DNA from: an uncultured Thermotogaceae bacterium
GTDB lineage: Bacteria > Thermotogota > Thermotogae > MWEM01
Length of the DNA: 64,000 nt
NCBI GenBank assembly: GCA_964403295.1
Contig: CAYOFT010000001.1
Span: forward strand, 6,815-70,814
Reading direction: 5' to 3'
A program made the translations under genes and the position numbers. The first letter of the stretch is position 1; every line of letters begins with the position of its first letter. Below, in pieces: positions 52,223-61,979 of this stretch. The notes under the pieces are model-generated. The model had not been told where the DNA came from. It worked only from the letters and a program-made list of their open reading frames with translations, and ran no database searches.

Positions 52223-53602
52223 ATGAAGTCTTATGAATTGATTATTATTGGCGCTGGACCGGGAGGTTATGTAGGTGCTATCAGAGCGGCACAACTTGGT
52301 TTAAAAACAGCGGTTATTGAAAAGGATAAACCGGGTGGAGTTTGTCTTAACATAGGTTGTATTCCATCGAAGGCGTTAATTCATCAAGCTGAAAAATTTA
52401 ACGCCATTGCTGATTTGGAAAAAATGGGTGTGAAAGTTGATCTTGCAGATTTTGATTATCAACAGGTTTTTAAAAAATCGAGACTGGCTGCCAAGAAACT
52501 ATCCAAAGGTGTTCAGTTCCTTTTAAAAAAGAATAAAGTGGATTATATAGAAGGAGAGGCTGTATTTAAAGACAAGAAATCCCTTTTAGTTAATGATGAA
52601 GAAATACAAGGGGATTATATCGTTATTGCTACCGGATCAAGACCAAAACAAATACCGGGATTTGAGATAAATGAAGAAACAGTCTTAAGTTCTACAGGTG
52701 CGCTCATGCTTGAAAAGCTTCCTAAAAAAATGTTGATTCTTGGCAGTGGGGCAATTGGGGTGGAATTTTCTCATATTTTTAGTTCATTCGGTGTTGAAAT
52801 ACATCTTGTCGAGATGCTGGATAATATCATTCCCACAGAGGATGAGGATATCAGTAAAGAATTGGAAAAGACCTTTAAAAAGAGAAAAATCAATGTATAC
52901 ACCTCAACAAAAGCCACCGGCTATGAAAAGGGAGAAAATGGTCTCATTGTAACATTAAAAGACAAAGATGATCATGAACAAAAGCTTGAGGTTGACAAAA
53001 TTCTTCTTGCTGTTGGTAGAGATACGAATGTTAAAGGAATTGGCCTTGAACAGATAGGGGTAGAATTGGAAAGAGGTAATTTCATAAAAACAGGTGATTA
53101 TTATGAAACATCTGTAAAAGATGTTTATGCTGTTGGAGATGTAACTTCTTCACCTTTATTGGCACATGTTGCATCCAAGGAAGCTGAAATTGTTGTTGAT
53201 CATATTGCCGGTGAAGAGACTGAGAAAAAGCTTGACTTAAACTTAATTCCCGGAGCCATCTATTGCGAACCTGAAATTGGTAGCTTTGGCTTGAAAGAGA
53301 AAGATATAAAAGACAAAAAGGTTAAAATATCTAAGTTTCCATACAAAGCCATTGGTAAGGCAACAGCTGTTGAGCAGGCAGAAGGGTTTATTAAATTATT
53401 AACGGATGAAGCAACCGGGGAAATTCTCGGTGCCAGCATTATTGGAGCACAGGCTACTGAATTAATTCATGAACTTCTTCTGGCGAAAGAATTGGGTATT
53501 TCAACAGAAAAAATTGCCAAATTGATACATGCCCATCCAACCCTTTCTGAAGGACTTATGGAGGCTTCAAGAATGTCACAAGGATGGGCAATACACGTTT
53601 AA
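52223..53602 (+). CDS. lpdA: Dihydrolipoyl dehydrogenase
   Basis: GAGPGGY FAD site and GGVCLNIGCIPSK redox-active disulfide. GAGGAGG RBS before ATG at 52223. Confidence 0.85.
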   Translation: MKSYELIIIGAGPGGYVGAIRAAQLGLKTAVIEKDKPGGVCLNIGCIPSKALIHQAEKFNAIADLEKMGVKVDLADFDYQQVFKKSRLAAKKLSKGVQFLLKKNKVDYIEGEAVFKDKKSLLVNDEEIQGDYIVIATGSRPKQIPGFEINEETVLSSTGALMLEKLPKKMLILGSGAIGVEFSHIFSSFGVEIHLVEMLDNIIPTEDEDISKELEKTFKKRKINVYTSTKATGYEKGENGLIVTLKDKDDHEQKLEVDKILLAVGRDTNVKGIGLEQIGVELERGNFIKTGDYYETSVKDVYAVGDVTSSPLLAHVASKEAEIVVDHIAGEETEKKLDLNLIPGAIYCEPEIGSFGLKEKDIKDKKVKISKFPYKAIGKATAVEQAEGFIKLLTDEATGEILGASIIGAQATELIHELLLAKELGISTEKIAKLIHAHPTLSEGLMEASRMSQGWAIHV

Positions 53603-53619
53603 TTGTCTTTGGAAAAAGA

Positions 53620-53904
53620 ATGAAGGGAAGTGAAAAATACGTGCCAAGTTGGCTATATTTGATACCATTTCTTTGGTTTTTTATTAGTGGTATTGTAAAA
53701 TTTGTCAAGTCCGGTGGTCAAAAGATTGTTATGCTTGGAGATTTTGTTATTGCAATAGGCTTTTTGTATCAGCTTATTTTTCCCAACGGAACAGCCGGTT
53801 TTTATATAGCAGGTGTTGGGGTTATTGTTGACTTGATTTTGTACATTGTTGTCGTTAAAAACACCAAGAGGATTGAAGCTCAAAAGAAACAAAAAGAGGA
53901 CTAA
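53620..53904 (+). CDS. Small 2-TM membrane protein (hypothetical)
   Basis: Hydrophobic segments. Start uncertain (53584 alternative). Confidence 0.4.
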   Translation: MKGSEKYVPSWLYLIPFLWFFISGIVKFVKSGGQKIVMLGDFVIAIGFLYQLIFPNGTAGFYIAGVGVIVDLILYIVVVKNTKRIEAQKKQKED

Positions 53905-53937
53905 GAAGAAAGATAGAGATCAATAATATTTAATAAA

Positions 53938-53966
53938 AAAAGATGCTAGACAAGCATCTTTTTTTG
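53938..53966. terminator. Bidirectional intrinsic terminator
   Basis: A7-agatgc-tagacaa-gcatct-T7. Confidence 0.75.
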
Positions 53967-54006
53967 ATTGTTTACTGTGACAGATGAAGAAGCTGATATG
54001 ACAACA

Positions 54007-54015
54007 TGATATAAT
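54007..54015 (+). promoter_or_regulatory. Extended -10 element TGATATAAT upstream of rbfA
   Basis: 62 nt upstream of the ATG at 54077. Confidence 0.35.
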
Positions 54016-54076
54016 CAATCGATTGATTGATTAAGTGATTTGTTTCATGACGGGAGTTTGAAAGGAAAGTGATTTT

Positions 54077-54463
54077 ATGCCAAAAGTATTTAGAAAAGAA
54101 AGAATAGAAGCCGAAATTCTAAGAGTCATGGCGGATGCCATTACCAATTGGAAAGAACCCCCTATTCCAAAAGAACTGATCTCTTTTACAAGAGTGGATT
54201 TGTCAAGAGATAAGCGGCACGCAAAGGTTTTCGTCAGTGTCTTTGACCCAGAAAAGGGAGAAGAACACGCAAAGGAAATATTTGAGATCTTAAGTAAGAA
54301 AACGGGATATTTTCGGGGTTTTTTAGGAAGGCAAATTCGATTATATTACACACCTGAGATAAAGCTCATACATGATCAAGGGATAAAACAAAGTGTTAAA
54401 ATGCAAAAGATAATTGACAATTTAGATATTGATCATGATGATCAAAAAGATACGGAGGACTGA
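54077..54463 (+). CDS. rbfA: Ribosome-binding factor A
   Basis: RVMADAITNW...KRHAKVFVSV. Confidence 0.85.
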   Translation: MPKVFRKERIEAEILRVMADAITNWKEPPIPKELISFTRVDLSRDKRHAKVFVSVFDPEKGEEHAKEIFEILSKKTGYFRGFLGRQIRLYYTPEIKLIHDQGIKQSVKMQKIIDNLDIDHDDQKDTED

Positions 54464-54465
54464 GA

Positions 54466-55422
54466 TTGACTTCGCTGAATGGAGTACTGCCTTTATATAA
54501 ACCGATTGGCCCCACTTCTCACGATATGGTAAGCTTGCTGAGAAAAAAATTGAACACAAAAAAAATTGGTCATTCAGGAACACTGGATCCATTTGCTGAA
54601 GGGGTATTGGTAATGGGTATAGGTAAAGGGACAAGAATACTCGAGTATTTGAAGAATGATAAGAAAGAATATATCATGACACTTAGACTTGGCCTTTTGA
54701 CAGATACTTACGATATTCAAGGGCAAATTATCAGTGATGAGAATGTTCTTATTTCAGAAGAAAAGGTTACTGAAACCGTAAACAGCATGCTGGGGATTCA
54801 AAAACAAGTGCCGCCTATTTATTCTGCAAAGAAATATAAGGGGAAAAAATTATATGAATATGCACGGGAAGGTAAAATCATAAAAATGCCACCCAGGGAT
54901 ATTCAAATATATTCAATTGATATTTTGAAATTTAAGGGAAGAGACATTACTCTTAAAGCCGAAGTTTCTCCGGGAACTTATATGCGATCGTTAGCATTTG
55001 ATATTGGTTTGAAGCTATCAACGAATGCCACCGCGGTTGATTTAGTCCGAACAGTGAATGGCCGTTTTTCAGCTTCAGAATGTATTCGTATTGAAAATAT
55101 AGATCAATTAAGTCTTGAAGATTTTTATCCTTACTTGAAAACAATTGATGATGCCATTTCAGAATTTCATTTTGTGAAAATTAAATCGCAATTTCTGGAA
55201 AATGTCTTAAACGGTAATCCGGTTCGAATGGAATGGATTGCAGATTATGATGATTTTAAGAAAAATGATTTACTGCGAATTGTCAATGAAAAGGGGGATT
55301 TGATTGGAGTGGGAACTGGTGAGAGAAACGCTTCTTTTTTTCAAACCCTGTTAGATCAAAATAGAAATGAAATAGTTGTAAAAGCCAAAAAAATAGTTGC
55401 AGAGAGAATGAATGATGAATAA
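54466..55422 (+). CDS. truB: tRNA pseudouridine-55 synthase TruB
   Basis: GHSGTLDPFAEGVLV catalytic Asp motif. TTG start with GGAGG RBS. Confidence 0.9.
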   Translation: MTSLNGVLPLYKPIGPTSHDMVSLLRKKLNTKKIGHSGTLDPFAEGVLVMGIGKGTRILEYLKNDKKEYIMTLRLGLLTDTYDIQGQIISDENVLISEEKVTETVNSMLGIQKQVPPIYSAKKYKGKKLYEYAREGKIIKMPPRDIQIYSIDILKFKGRDITLKAEVSPGTYMRSLAFDIGLKLSTNATAVDLVRTVNGRFSASECIRIENIDQLSLEDFYPYLKTIDDAISEFHFVKIKSQFLENVLNGNPVRMEWIADYDDFKKNDLLRIVNEKGDLIGVGTGERNASFFQTLLDQNRNEIVVKAKKIVAERMNDE

Positions 55423-56332
55423 CCGTAATTCTTTAACTTTGGGTATTTTTGATGGCGTTCATCTTGGTCATAGAAGGTTGATTGAAAAAGCTAAAGAAGT
55501 GAAATACAAAGATGGTAAAACGATATTGCTAACGTTCGCCTATCCGGCCACTTATTATCTTAATAAAGAGAGTTTTCCAGGGTTGATTTATACTCCCAGT
55601 AAAAGAGAAGAAATTATTAAATCATTGGGAATGGATTCTGTAGTCTTTATAGATTTTAAAGACTTTTATACAAAAACACCACTTGAATTTGTAACCTATA
55701 TCAACCAGCGCTTTATGCCATCTGAATTAACGGTGGGTTTTAATTTTCATTTTGGAAAAAATCGTATTGGAGATGTTCAGTTACTATCTGATTTGGGGCA
55801 TCGTTATAGTTTTCGAACAAATGTTGTTCCAGCTGTTAATTGCAATGGTCATAGGGTTAGCAGTTCATTGATCAGATACTATTTAAAGAATGGGGATGTA
55901 AAAAGAGCCAATGAAATTTTGAAACGCCCGTATTCAATCGAAGGAAAAGTTTATCAAGATCAGGGAATTGGTAAAAAATTAGGGTTCCCAACGGCTAATC
56001 TTAAAAGAGAAGGAAAAGGGATGTTAGTTCCTTCATATGGGGTTTATTTGGCTTTTACTCCAAAACTTGGTTTTGGTTTAATAAATGTTGGTAAAAGACC
56101 AACAGTCAGTAGCGATGATTTGATTCGTTATGAGGTTCACTATTTGGAAGGTAATCATCAGTTGTATGAAAAGCGAATTGAATGCTACCTCCTTGATTTC
56201 ATTCGCTTAGAGCAGAAATTCGATAATGTACAGGAACTGGTTCAACAAATCAAAAAAGATAGAACCGCAGCGTACAATTTGATTAAAAATTACAGTATTG
56301 AAGATGGTTGGTGGAAACATGAAATCGAATAA
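55412..56332 (+). CDS. ribF: Bifunctional riboflavin kinase / FAD synthetase
   Basis: GIFDGVHLGHRRLI. Confidence 0.9.
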   Translation: MMNNRNSLTLGIFDGVHLGHRRLIEKAKEVKYKDGKTILLTFAYPATYYLNKESFPGLIYTPSKREEIIKSLGMDSVVFIDFKDFYTKTPLEFVTYINQRFMPSELTVGFNFHFGKNRIGDVQLLSDLGHRYSFRTNVVPAVNCNGHRVSSSLIRYYLKNGDVKRANEILKRPYSIEGKVYQDQGIGKKLGFPTANLKREGKGMLVPSYGVYLAFTPKLGFGLINVGKRPTVSSDDLIRYEVHYLEGNHQLYEKRIECYLLDFIRLEQKFDNVQELVQQIKKDRTAAYNLIKNYSIEDGWWKHEIE

Positions 56333-57932
56333 ATGGTTATTTATCTTTTTGTTAGTGTTTTTGGGGATTGCATTTGTTTCATGGGAATTCTTTGTCACAA
56401 GTCGCCTGTCGTTGAATGTTCATTTTATCTATCCTGAAGGTATTTCTGATGACGTGAGTTTTGAAATGAAAATCTATTCTGGGAGATTTGAAAATAATAT
56501 CTCTATTCAACCAAGTAAGGAAAACATTCAATATTCGAGCATACCTTTTGGTGATTATTTTTTTGAAATAAATTTGGATGAACGAATGATTATAAAAGAA
56601 TTTCACAGTTTTCAATCTGAATTTTCAATTAAACGATTAAAAGAGACAGTTTCGATAGATATAAGTGAGTTAGCCAGTATTACTTCTGTGAACTACAAAA
56701 TAGTTGATCCCTTTTTAACAGTCAAATGGGCAGGAAAATTTCTTGGTGGCTATAAACCTACGGAATATTTAATGCGTGTTAATGATGAGGAAAAAACACT
56801 AAGTGTAAACTATGTGGAAGTAGATGTACTGAAAGAGTTATTGGACGGGAGAGAGAAGATTGATCTGGAAATCATACCTCTTACTCGTACAGGAAAAGAG
56901 TTACTTCGATTTGAGTATGAGATTCCCATACGACTTGAAAATGTTCGCCTGGATATTCCAGAGGGATTTAACATTTATGAGATGAGTATTAATGTTCAAG
57001 AAAAACGAATACCCATTGATCCATACAATCCCAAAGTAAGTTTTCCTGTAATTGATTTTTCAGAAAATAAAATTCCTTATGAAATTTATTATTATGAAGA
57101 TAGGATCTGGAAATCTGAGTTAAATTTATCCGAAGCCAATGAAATGATAAAGATACCGGAAATTCCTCAAGCAACTGTTACTCAGGTACTATTAAATGAA
57201 TCAACTGTGACATTGCTATTGGATGTGGTTAGGGAAGAGGAATTTTTATATGACCGGTTTAACTACTTTGAAATAGATACTGATGCTTCTAAAGCAACAG
57301 TAACTGAACGATATACATATCAAAATAATGATACCGGTCTTTCCATTACACCCCTTTTTAATCCCGATATTAAGGGTGAAACTTTGACTTTTAAGATTCC
57401 GAATCCCCCTAATCCAAAACTCCATACTTATATGTACGATGATCAAATGAGATTCAGTCCCACTATCAAAGTTTCTTCGGACAGTTTTTTAAATCTAAGT
57501 GGTCTAGTGACGATTGATAATTCTGAACAACTCGTCATTCCCGTTTTTTCTGAGAATTATTTATTTGACGCTGATTTTAAAATGGATGAAGTCCATTTGA
57601 TAGAGGTTATTTTAAAAGACATTTATGGTCAAAGTGCTCAAATGTCAAAATGGATTTCTACATCAGTTCCGGAAACGACTTTTTTTACAAAATGTGAATT
57701 GAATCAAAATCAAATATTATCAGTTGCTTGGGACCAATTGTCAATTTATACAGATATAGAGTTAATCGTAACAGATAATTATAATATCAAAAGGTTTTAT
57801 CCCGAAGTTTCTGAGTTGAAATTGGATCTTTCAGATACAGTTTTACGTGAACCTTTAAAAGTAATCCTAAAAGGTTTTATTGATGAAGAAGAGTATACCG
57901 CCGCTGTTATTGAAGGCATAAAAAGTGAATAA
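56319..57932 (+). CDS. Membrane-anchored protein of unknown function (about 537 aa)
   Basis: N-terminal signal-anchor MKSNKWLFIFLLVFLGIAF. Overlaps ribF stop. Confidence 0.55.
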   Translation: MKSNKWLFIFLLVFLGIAFVSWEFFVTSRLSLNVHFIYPEGISDDVSFEMKIYSGRFENNISIQPSKENIQYSSIPFGDYFFEINLDERMIIKEFHSFQSEFSIKRLKETVSIDISELASITSVNYKIVDPFLTVKWAGKFLGGYKPTEYLMRVNDEEKTLSVNYVEVDVLKELLDGREKIDLEIIPLTRTGKELLRFEYEIPIRLENVRLDIPEGFNIYEMSINVQEKRIPIDPYNPKVSFPVIDFSENKIPYEIYYYEDRIWKSELNLSEANEMIKIPEIPQATVTQVLLNESTVTLLLDVVREEEFLYDRFNYFEIDTDASKATVTERYTYQNNDTGLSITPLFNPDIKGETLTFKIPNPPNPKLHTYMYDDQMRFSPTIKVSSDSFLNLSGLVTIDNSEQLVIPVFSENYLFDADFKMDEVHLIEVILKDIYGQSAQMSKWISTSVPETTFFTKCELNQNQILSVAWDQLSIYTDIELIVTDNYNIKRFYPEVSELKLDLSDTVLREPLKVILKGFIDEEEYTAAVIEGIKSE

Positions 57933-57952
57933 CAACGGCTTATATTAATTGA

Positions 57953-59227
57953 TCATTCTATCTTAAACTCTTGTGTGGGATGATTGGTGTAGTTAATGAC
58001 ACGTCCTTCCCATGTTCGAATGGTTATATACTCTTTTCCCCTTGAAATAAGGTATTCAGGCAGAATGGGAGTCTTACCATAACCACCCGGGGCATTAATG
58101 ATATATGTGGGGATTGCTAATCCGGAAGTGTAACCGCGTAAATATTCCATAATTTCCAAACCATCATCGACGGATGTGTTGAAATGTGTGGTACCTTTTA
58201 CATGTTTTGCATGGAAGATATAATAAGGTCTTACCCTTACTTTTAAGAGCTCCTGATTTAATAATTTCATCACATGTTTATCATTGTTGATTCCATTAAG
58301 CAGCACGGCCTGATTTCCCAGTGGAATTCCGGCGTTTGCAAGCTTTTCACATGCCTTTTTGGCATCTAAGGTGATTTCCTTGGGATGGTTGACATGCGTG
58401 TTGATGAAGAGCGGATGATATTTTGATAACATTCCCACCAATTCATCGGTTATTCTTTGGGGCATGGTAACAGGTGTTCTGGTACCAATTCTGATAATCT
58501 CTACATGTTCAATACTTCTTAGTTTTTTCAAGATGTTTTCAATAAAAGCATCCGTCATTGTTAAAGGGTCTCCGCCTGTGATCAAGACATCACGAATTTC
58601 ATCGTTTTCTGCTATATAATTGATGGAATCTTCGATAACGGATATTGGCTGGGGTAAATCTTCTTCTCCAATATTCCGTCGTCTTTGACAGTGACGGCAA
58701 AACATAGCACATTCGTTGGTCACATTGATAATCAATCGATCAGGGTATCGCCGGGTAACTGTACCAGCAGGATTGGTTAACTGTTCATTCATCGGGTCTA
58801 ATTTTCCTTCTTTATCTACATCTTCGAAAATTGTAGGAATTGCCTGTAATCTAATGGGACAAAATGCATCTTCTTTGTCCATAAGGCTGGCATAATAGGG
58901 AGAAATGGCCCAACGGTATCTTTCTCCCACTTTTTCGATGGCTCTTTTTTGTTTTTCTGACAGGTCTACGATGTAAGAAAGAAGAGAAACATCGGTTATT
59001 CGGTTGGCGAGTTGCCAATGATAATCGTTCCATTTTTCCATTGTGCAATTTAATGCATTCATGATTCTTTCGCGGTTTTTTAGATTTGTTGCAGTTAAAT
59101 CCAAGCCTTTTTTTATATGCTTTTTTGCTTCTAAAAAATCAGCTATTTTTGTTTTTAATTCAGCAGCCCTTTCCAATGATAATTGTTTTTTTGAGTTCAT
59201 TGGTTTGTTTTTTTCCATACCAATCAC
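57953..59227 (-). CDS. kamA: Lysine 2,3-aminomutase family radical-SAM enzyme
   Basis: CAMFCRHCQRRR (CxxxCxxC). 424 aa. AGGAGG RBS before GTG at 59227. Confidence 0.85.
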   Translation of the reverse strand: MIGMEKNKPMNSKKQLSLERAAELKTKIADFLEAKKHIKKGLDLTATNLKNRERIMNALNCTMEKWNDYHWQLANRITDVSLLSYIVDLSEKQKRAIEKVGERYRWAISPYYASLMDKEDAFCPIRLQAIPTIFEDVDKEGKLDPMNEQLTNPAGTVTRRYPDRLIINVTNECAMFCRHCQRRRNIGEEDLPQPISVIEDSINYIAENDEIRDVLITGGDPLTMTDAFIENILKKLRSIEHVEIIRIGTRTPVTMPQRITDELVGMLSKYHPLFINTHVNHPKEITLDAKKACEKLANAGIPLGNQAVLLNGINNDKHVMKLLNQELLKVRVRPYYIFHAKHVKGTTHFNTSVDDGLEIMEYLRGYTSGLAIPTYIINAPGGYGKTPILPEYLISRGKEYITIRTWEGRVINYTNHPTQEFKIE

Positions 59228-59272
59228 GGAACCACCTCCTGAAGAGTTTGGTAATTATCCTGTATAATGTTC

Positions 59273-59284
59273 ATTCTATAGAAT
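59273..59284. promoter_or_regulatory. Perfect 12-bp palindrome ATTCTATAGAAT in kamA leader / MCP upstream region
   Basis: Self-complementary 12-mer located between the kamA promoter and its RBS. Confidence 0.3.
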
Positions 59285-59348
59285 ATGAATAATAAGAGTT
59301 GTCGTTTCAGCATCAAATCAGAAAAGCAATCGCAGTATGCCTCAAAAG

Positions 59349-59377
59349 ATTATAACGGATAAACAAAGATATGTCAA
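59349..59377 (-). promoter_or_regulatory. Perfect-consensus sigma-70 promoter (TTGACA-17-TATAAT) for kamA on minus strand
   Basis: Plus-strand tgtcaa 59372-59377 and attata 59349-59354. Leader about 114 nt. Confidence 0.55.
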
Positions 59378-59432
59378 ATTGTAAAGGAATGTTTATTTCT
59401 TTATATCTGTATTGGATGTTGTTTGCATGATT

Positions 59433-59441
59433 TGGTATAAT
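59433..59441 (+). promoter_or_regulatory. Extended -10 TGGTATAAT upstream of first MCP gene
   Basis: 42 nt upstream of the ATG at 59483. Candidate -35 TTGGAT lies 18 nt upstream. Confidence 0.4.
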
Positions 59442-59482
59442 GACAATAAGAGAACTGAGATTGTGATGAGAGGTGAATAAGG

Positions 59483-61786
59483 ATGTCTATTGGGAAGAAA
59501 TTGTTAATAGGTTTTGGTTTGATTATTCTTTTATTATTGGTGGTTATGATGATATCTTATCTTTCAAGCCAAAGTATTAAAGCGGAAGGAGAAAGCATAG
59601 TTGTACAAGCGAAGGATGCAAGAACTGAATATATGAATTTTAAAAACATAGATATTTTTGAGTCGGATTTAAAAGATATGTTGCAATATGTCCTAAGACT
59701 GGGATATGTCACAAACATAGAAGAACAGGAGCAAATGTTTGACGAATACCAAAAGATGTTTAATGAAATTCAAAAACTTGCAAAGGACAATGATTTCTAT
59801 TCTCTTTTAGAAGCTGAATTGATGCAACTTAATCAAAGTGTTGAACAAATTTTTACTCAAAAGGGGACTGAGTTGACAGCTCTTTCTGAACTGGCTTCTG
59901 ACAGTGCCACAGCAGATGATATCAGAGTACAGCTGGAAGATTTATATGTAATTGAAGAAACTTTACTTTCAAGAGATGACATGAATATCGTTATGGTTAT
60001 TCAAAAATTACAACAAATGAAGGAAGAATATCGTTCACTAAGACAGTCGGATGAAGAAAAAGAAAACGAAATAAGACAAAAACTTTTGGAAGCCGGATTA
60101 GATGAACTAACCCTTGTTGAGATGGAAGTATTGTGGGACAATGAGGTTTTGGGTGGGCCTCCTATTACTGGATTCCCTATGTTGATTCTATGTGCAAGGG
60201 AAATAATGGCATCAGATGGAGATTATTCAGATTTCCAATCAGATATGAAACAAGCCAAGCAAGATATTTTGGATTATATGACATTAAAAACGCAGTATGG
60301 TTATACGACTTATGATGCTGTAACTTCAATTTTTGTTCCCTTATCTGTTGAACTCTATGAAAAAAAACTGATTAAATTGCAAGAAACTTTATTAAAAGAA
60401 AAACGAATGGAAGTTAACCTTCAAGCAAAAGAGAATATGGTCGGATACCACACCCAAACTGCAGAAAAGGCCCGAACAAGTTCACTTCTAATAATAAAAA
60501 GCGAACTGTCAACGGTTTTAGAGCAATTGAATCAGCAAATTGAATCACAAATCAATGAAAGTTCCAACAAATTCAATCAGAATATCAATGAAGTAGAAAA
60601 GAAAAGTGAAGAAAGCGTTTCGTTGATCAATACAATGAACTCTTATATTTTAATTGTTTTAATCGTATCCGTTTTAATCAGCATTGTTATTGCCATTTTC
60701 ATCTATTCCAGTATTAAGAAACCGATTACCAATATTTTAAAGAAAACCGACAGAATCAAGGATTTGGACTTTACAGTTGAATTCGAAGAAACAAGAAAGA
60801 AAGATGAAATGGGGCAATTGGAAACGGCCTTAAAAGAAATTGTCTGGGCTGTAAAAGAAACAATTAGAAATGTCAAAAACGCGATAGAGAATGTCAAGGC
60901 ATCGACGGACAAATTGGAGACAGTAGCGGGAGAATCGGAGAACATATCCCAACAGTTGAAGACACAGGCAGACCGGACGGAAAATGATGTACAAGACACA
61001 TCGGCTGCGATAGAAGAAGTGAGTTCAGGTGTTGAAGAAGTGGCAGCCTCAGCGAAAAACATCACAGACATATCATCTGATTTGTATGAAAGGACGCAAG
61101 AGACATCCGAATCGGCAAGAAGTGGGCAAAAAGAATTGACAAAAGTCGCGGATATTGTTAAAGAGGCTGAAGAACAGGCGAAGGCCACATCCAGAGTGGT
61201 AGAAGAGCTACAGGTAAATGCCAAGAACGTGGGAGAGATCGTGAACACCATCTCCGGGATTTCGGAACAGACGAACCTGTTGGCACTAAATGCAGCGATC
61301 GAAGCTGCCCGAGCGGGAGAGGCAGGGAAAGGCTTTGCGGTAGTAGCCGATGAGATTAGAAAGCTGGCGGAAGAGAGCCAAAAATCGACAGAAGACATAG
61401 CGAAGATGCTCAAAGAGATAGGAAATGGTGTTGGGGAAGTGAACGATGCATCGGACAAAACGGTGGAAATCGTGAACAAGATGGAAGAAAACTCCAAACA
61501 GGCATTAGAGCAGTTTGAGAATATACTTGAACGGCTAAGTGGCGTGACGGATTCGGTACACAACCTCAACAGCACATCGGAAGAGCAGAGTGCAGCGGCA
61601 CAGGAGATAGCGGATGCGATGGATCAATCAGCTCGTTCCATGGTGAATGCTTCCGAGCAAGTTGAGAATATGGTTCATGATGTAGAAAAACAGGTTGATT
61701 CTATCACCCAGATGAACGAAATATCTCAAAATATGCGACAGTTAGCTGATGATTTGAGATCTGATATCAGTAAATTCAAATCATAG
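59483..61786 (+). CDS. Methyl-accepting chemotaxis protein 1 (sensor domain, TM, HAMP, MCP signalling domain)
   Basis: Signalling motif [34 protein letters not shown]. Confidence 0.9.
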   Translation: MSIGKKLLIGFGLIILLLLVVMMISYLSSQSIKAEGESIVVQAKDARTEYMNFKNIDIFESDLKDMLQYVLRLGYVTNIEEQEQMFDEYQKMFNEIQKLAKDNDFYSLLEAELMQLNQSVEQIFTQKGTELTALSELASDSATADDIRVQLEDLYVIEETLLSRDDMNIVMVIQKLQQMKEEYRSLRQSDEEKENEIRQKLLEAGLDELTLVEMEVLWDNEVLGGPPITGFPMLILCAREIMASDGDYSDFQSDMKQAKQDILDYMTLKTQYGYTTYDAVTSIFVPLSVELYEKKLIKLQETLLKEKRMEVNLQAKENMVGYHTQTAEKARTSSLLIIKSELSTVLEQLNQQIESQINESSNKFNQNINEVEKKSEESVSLINTMNSYILIVLIVSVLISIVIAIFIYSSIKKPITNILKKTDRIKDLDFTVEFEETRKKDEMGQLETALKEIVWAVKETIRNVKNAIENVKASTDKLETVAGESENISQQLKTQADRTENDVQDTSAAIEEVSSGVEEVAASAKNITDISSDLYERTQETSESARSGQKELTKVADIVKEAEEQAKATSRVVEELQVNAKNVGEIVNTISGISEQTNLLALNAAIEAARAGEAGKGFAVVADEIRKLAEESQKSTEDIAKMLKEIGNGVGEVNDASDKTVEIVNKMEENSKQALEQFENILERLSGVTDSVHNLNSTSEEQSAAAQEIADAMDQSARSMVNASEQVENMVHDVEKQVDSITQMNEISQNMRQLADDLRSDISKFKS
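60873..61503 (+). repeat. Copy 1 of >=631-bp exact direct repeat (MCP signalling module)
   Basis: 100 percent identical to 63370-64000. Identity begins exactly at codons for [10 protein letters not shown] after the diverged HAMP region. Confidence 0.9.
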
Positions 61787-61936
61787 TTGAAAAAGAGTCC
61801 TGAGATAAAAACAGATTTTTAAGAATTGTTAAATGGCCATATTGAATGTAAGCCCACTAAAAAAAGAGATAATGTAATATATAAAAAACATAAAAGTAAT
61901 AGAGAGTTGAAGTTTTTTTTATCTATTAAGAGTTTA

Positions 61937-61945
61937 TGCTAGAAT
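61937..61945 (+). promoter_or_regulatory. Extended -10-like TGCTAGAAT upstream of second MCP gene
   Basis: 35 nt upstream of the ATG at 61980. Confidence 0.3.
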
Positions 61946-61979
61946 ATAAACAATAGTAGTGTTAATAAGGAGGTCAAAA

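Noticed and set aside
59228-59345. Lysine riboswitch (L-box) in the kamA leader
   Set aside because: The leader from the predicted TSS to the RBS is only about 114 nt and lacks the multi-helix L-box architecture. The 12-bp palindrome is more consistent with a protein operator.
59300-59482. Sigma-28 (TAAA-N15-GCCGATAA) promoter upstream of the MCP genes
   Set aside because: Only partial matches (CGGATAA without a correctly spaced TAAA). Extended -10 sigma-70-type elements fit better.
60703-61575. 290-aa minus-strand ORF, and its twin at 63311-63994, with Ser/Ala/Thr-rich translation
   Set aside because: Both lie antisense to the MCP signalling domains. The GC-rich Ala/Glu codon pattern of MCPs leaves the opposite strand open. 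Both are byproducts of the exact repeat, and neither has an RBS or recognisable domain.
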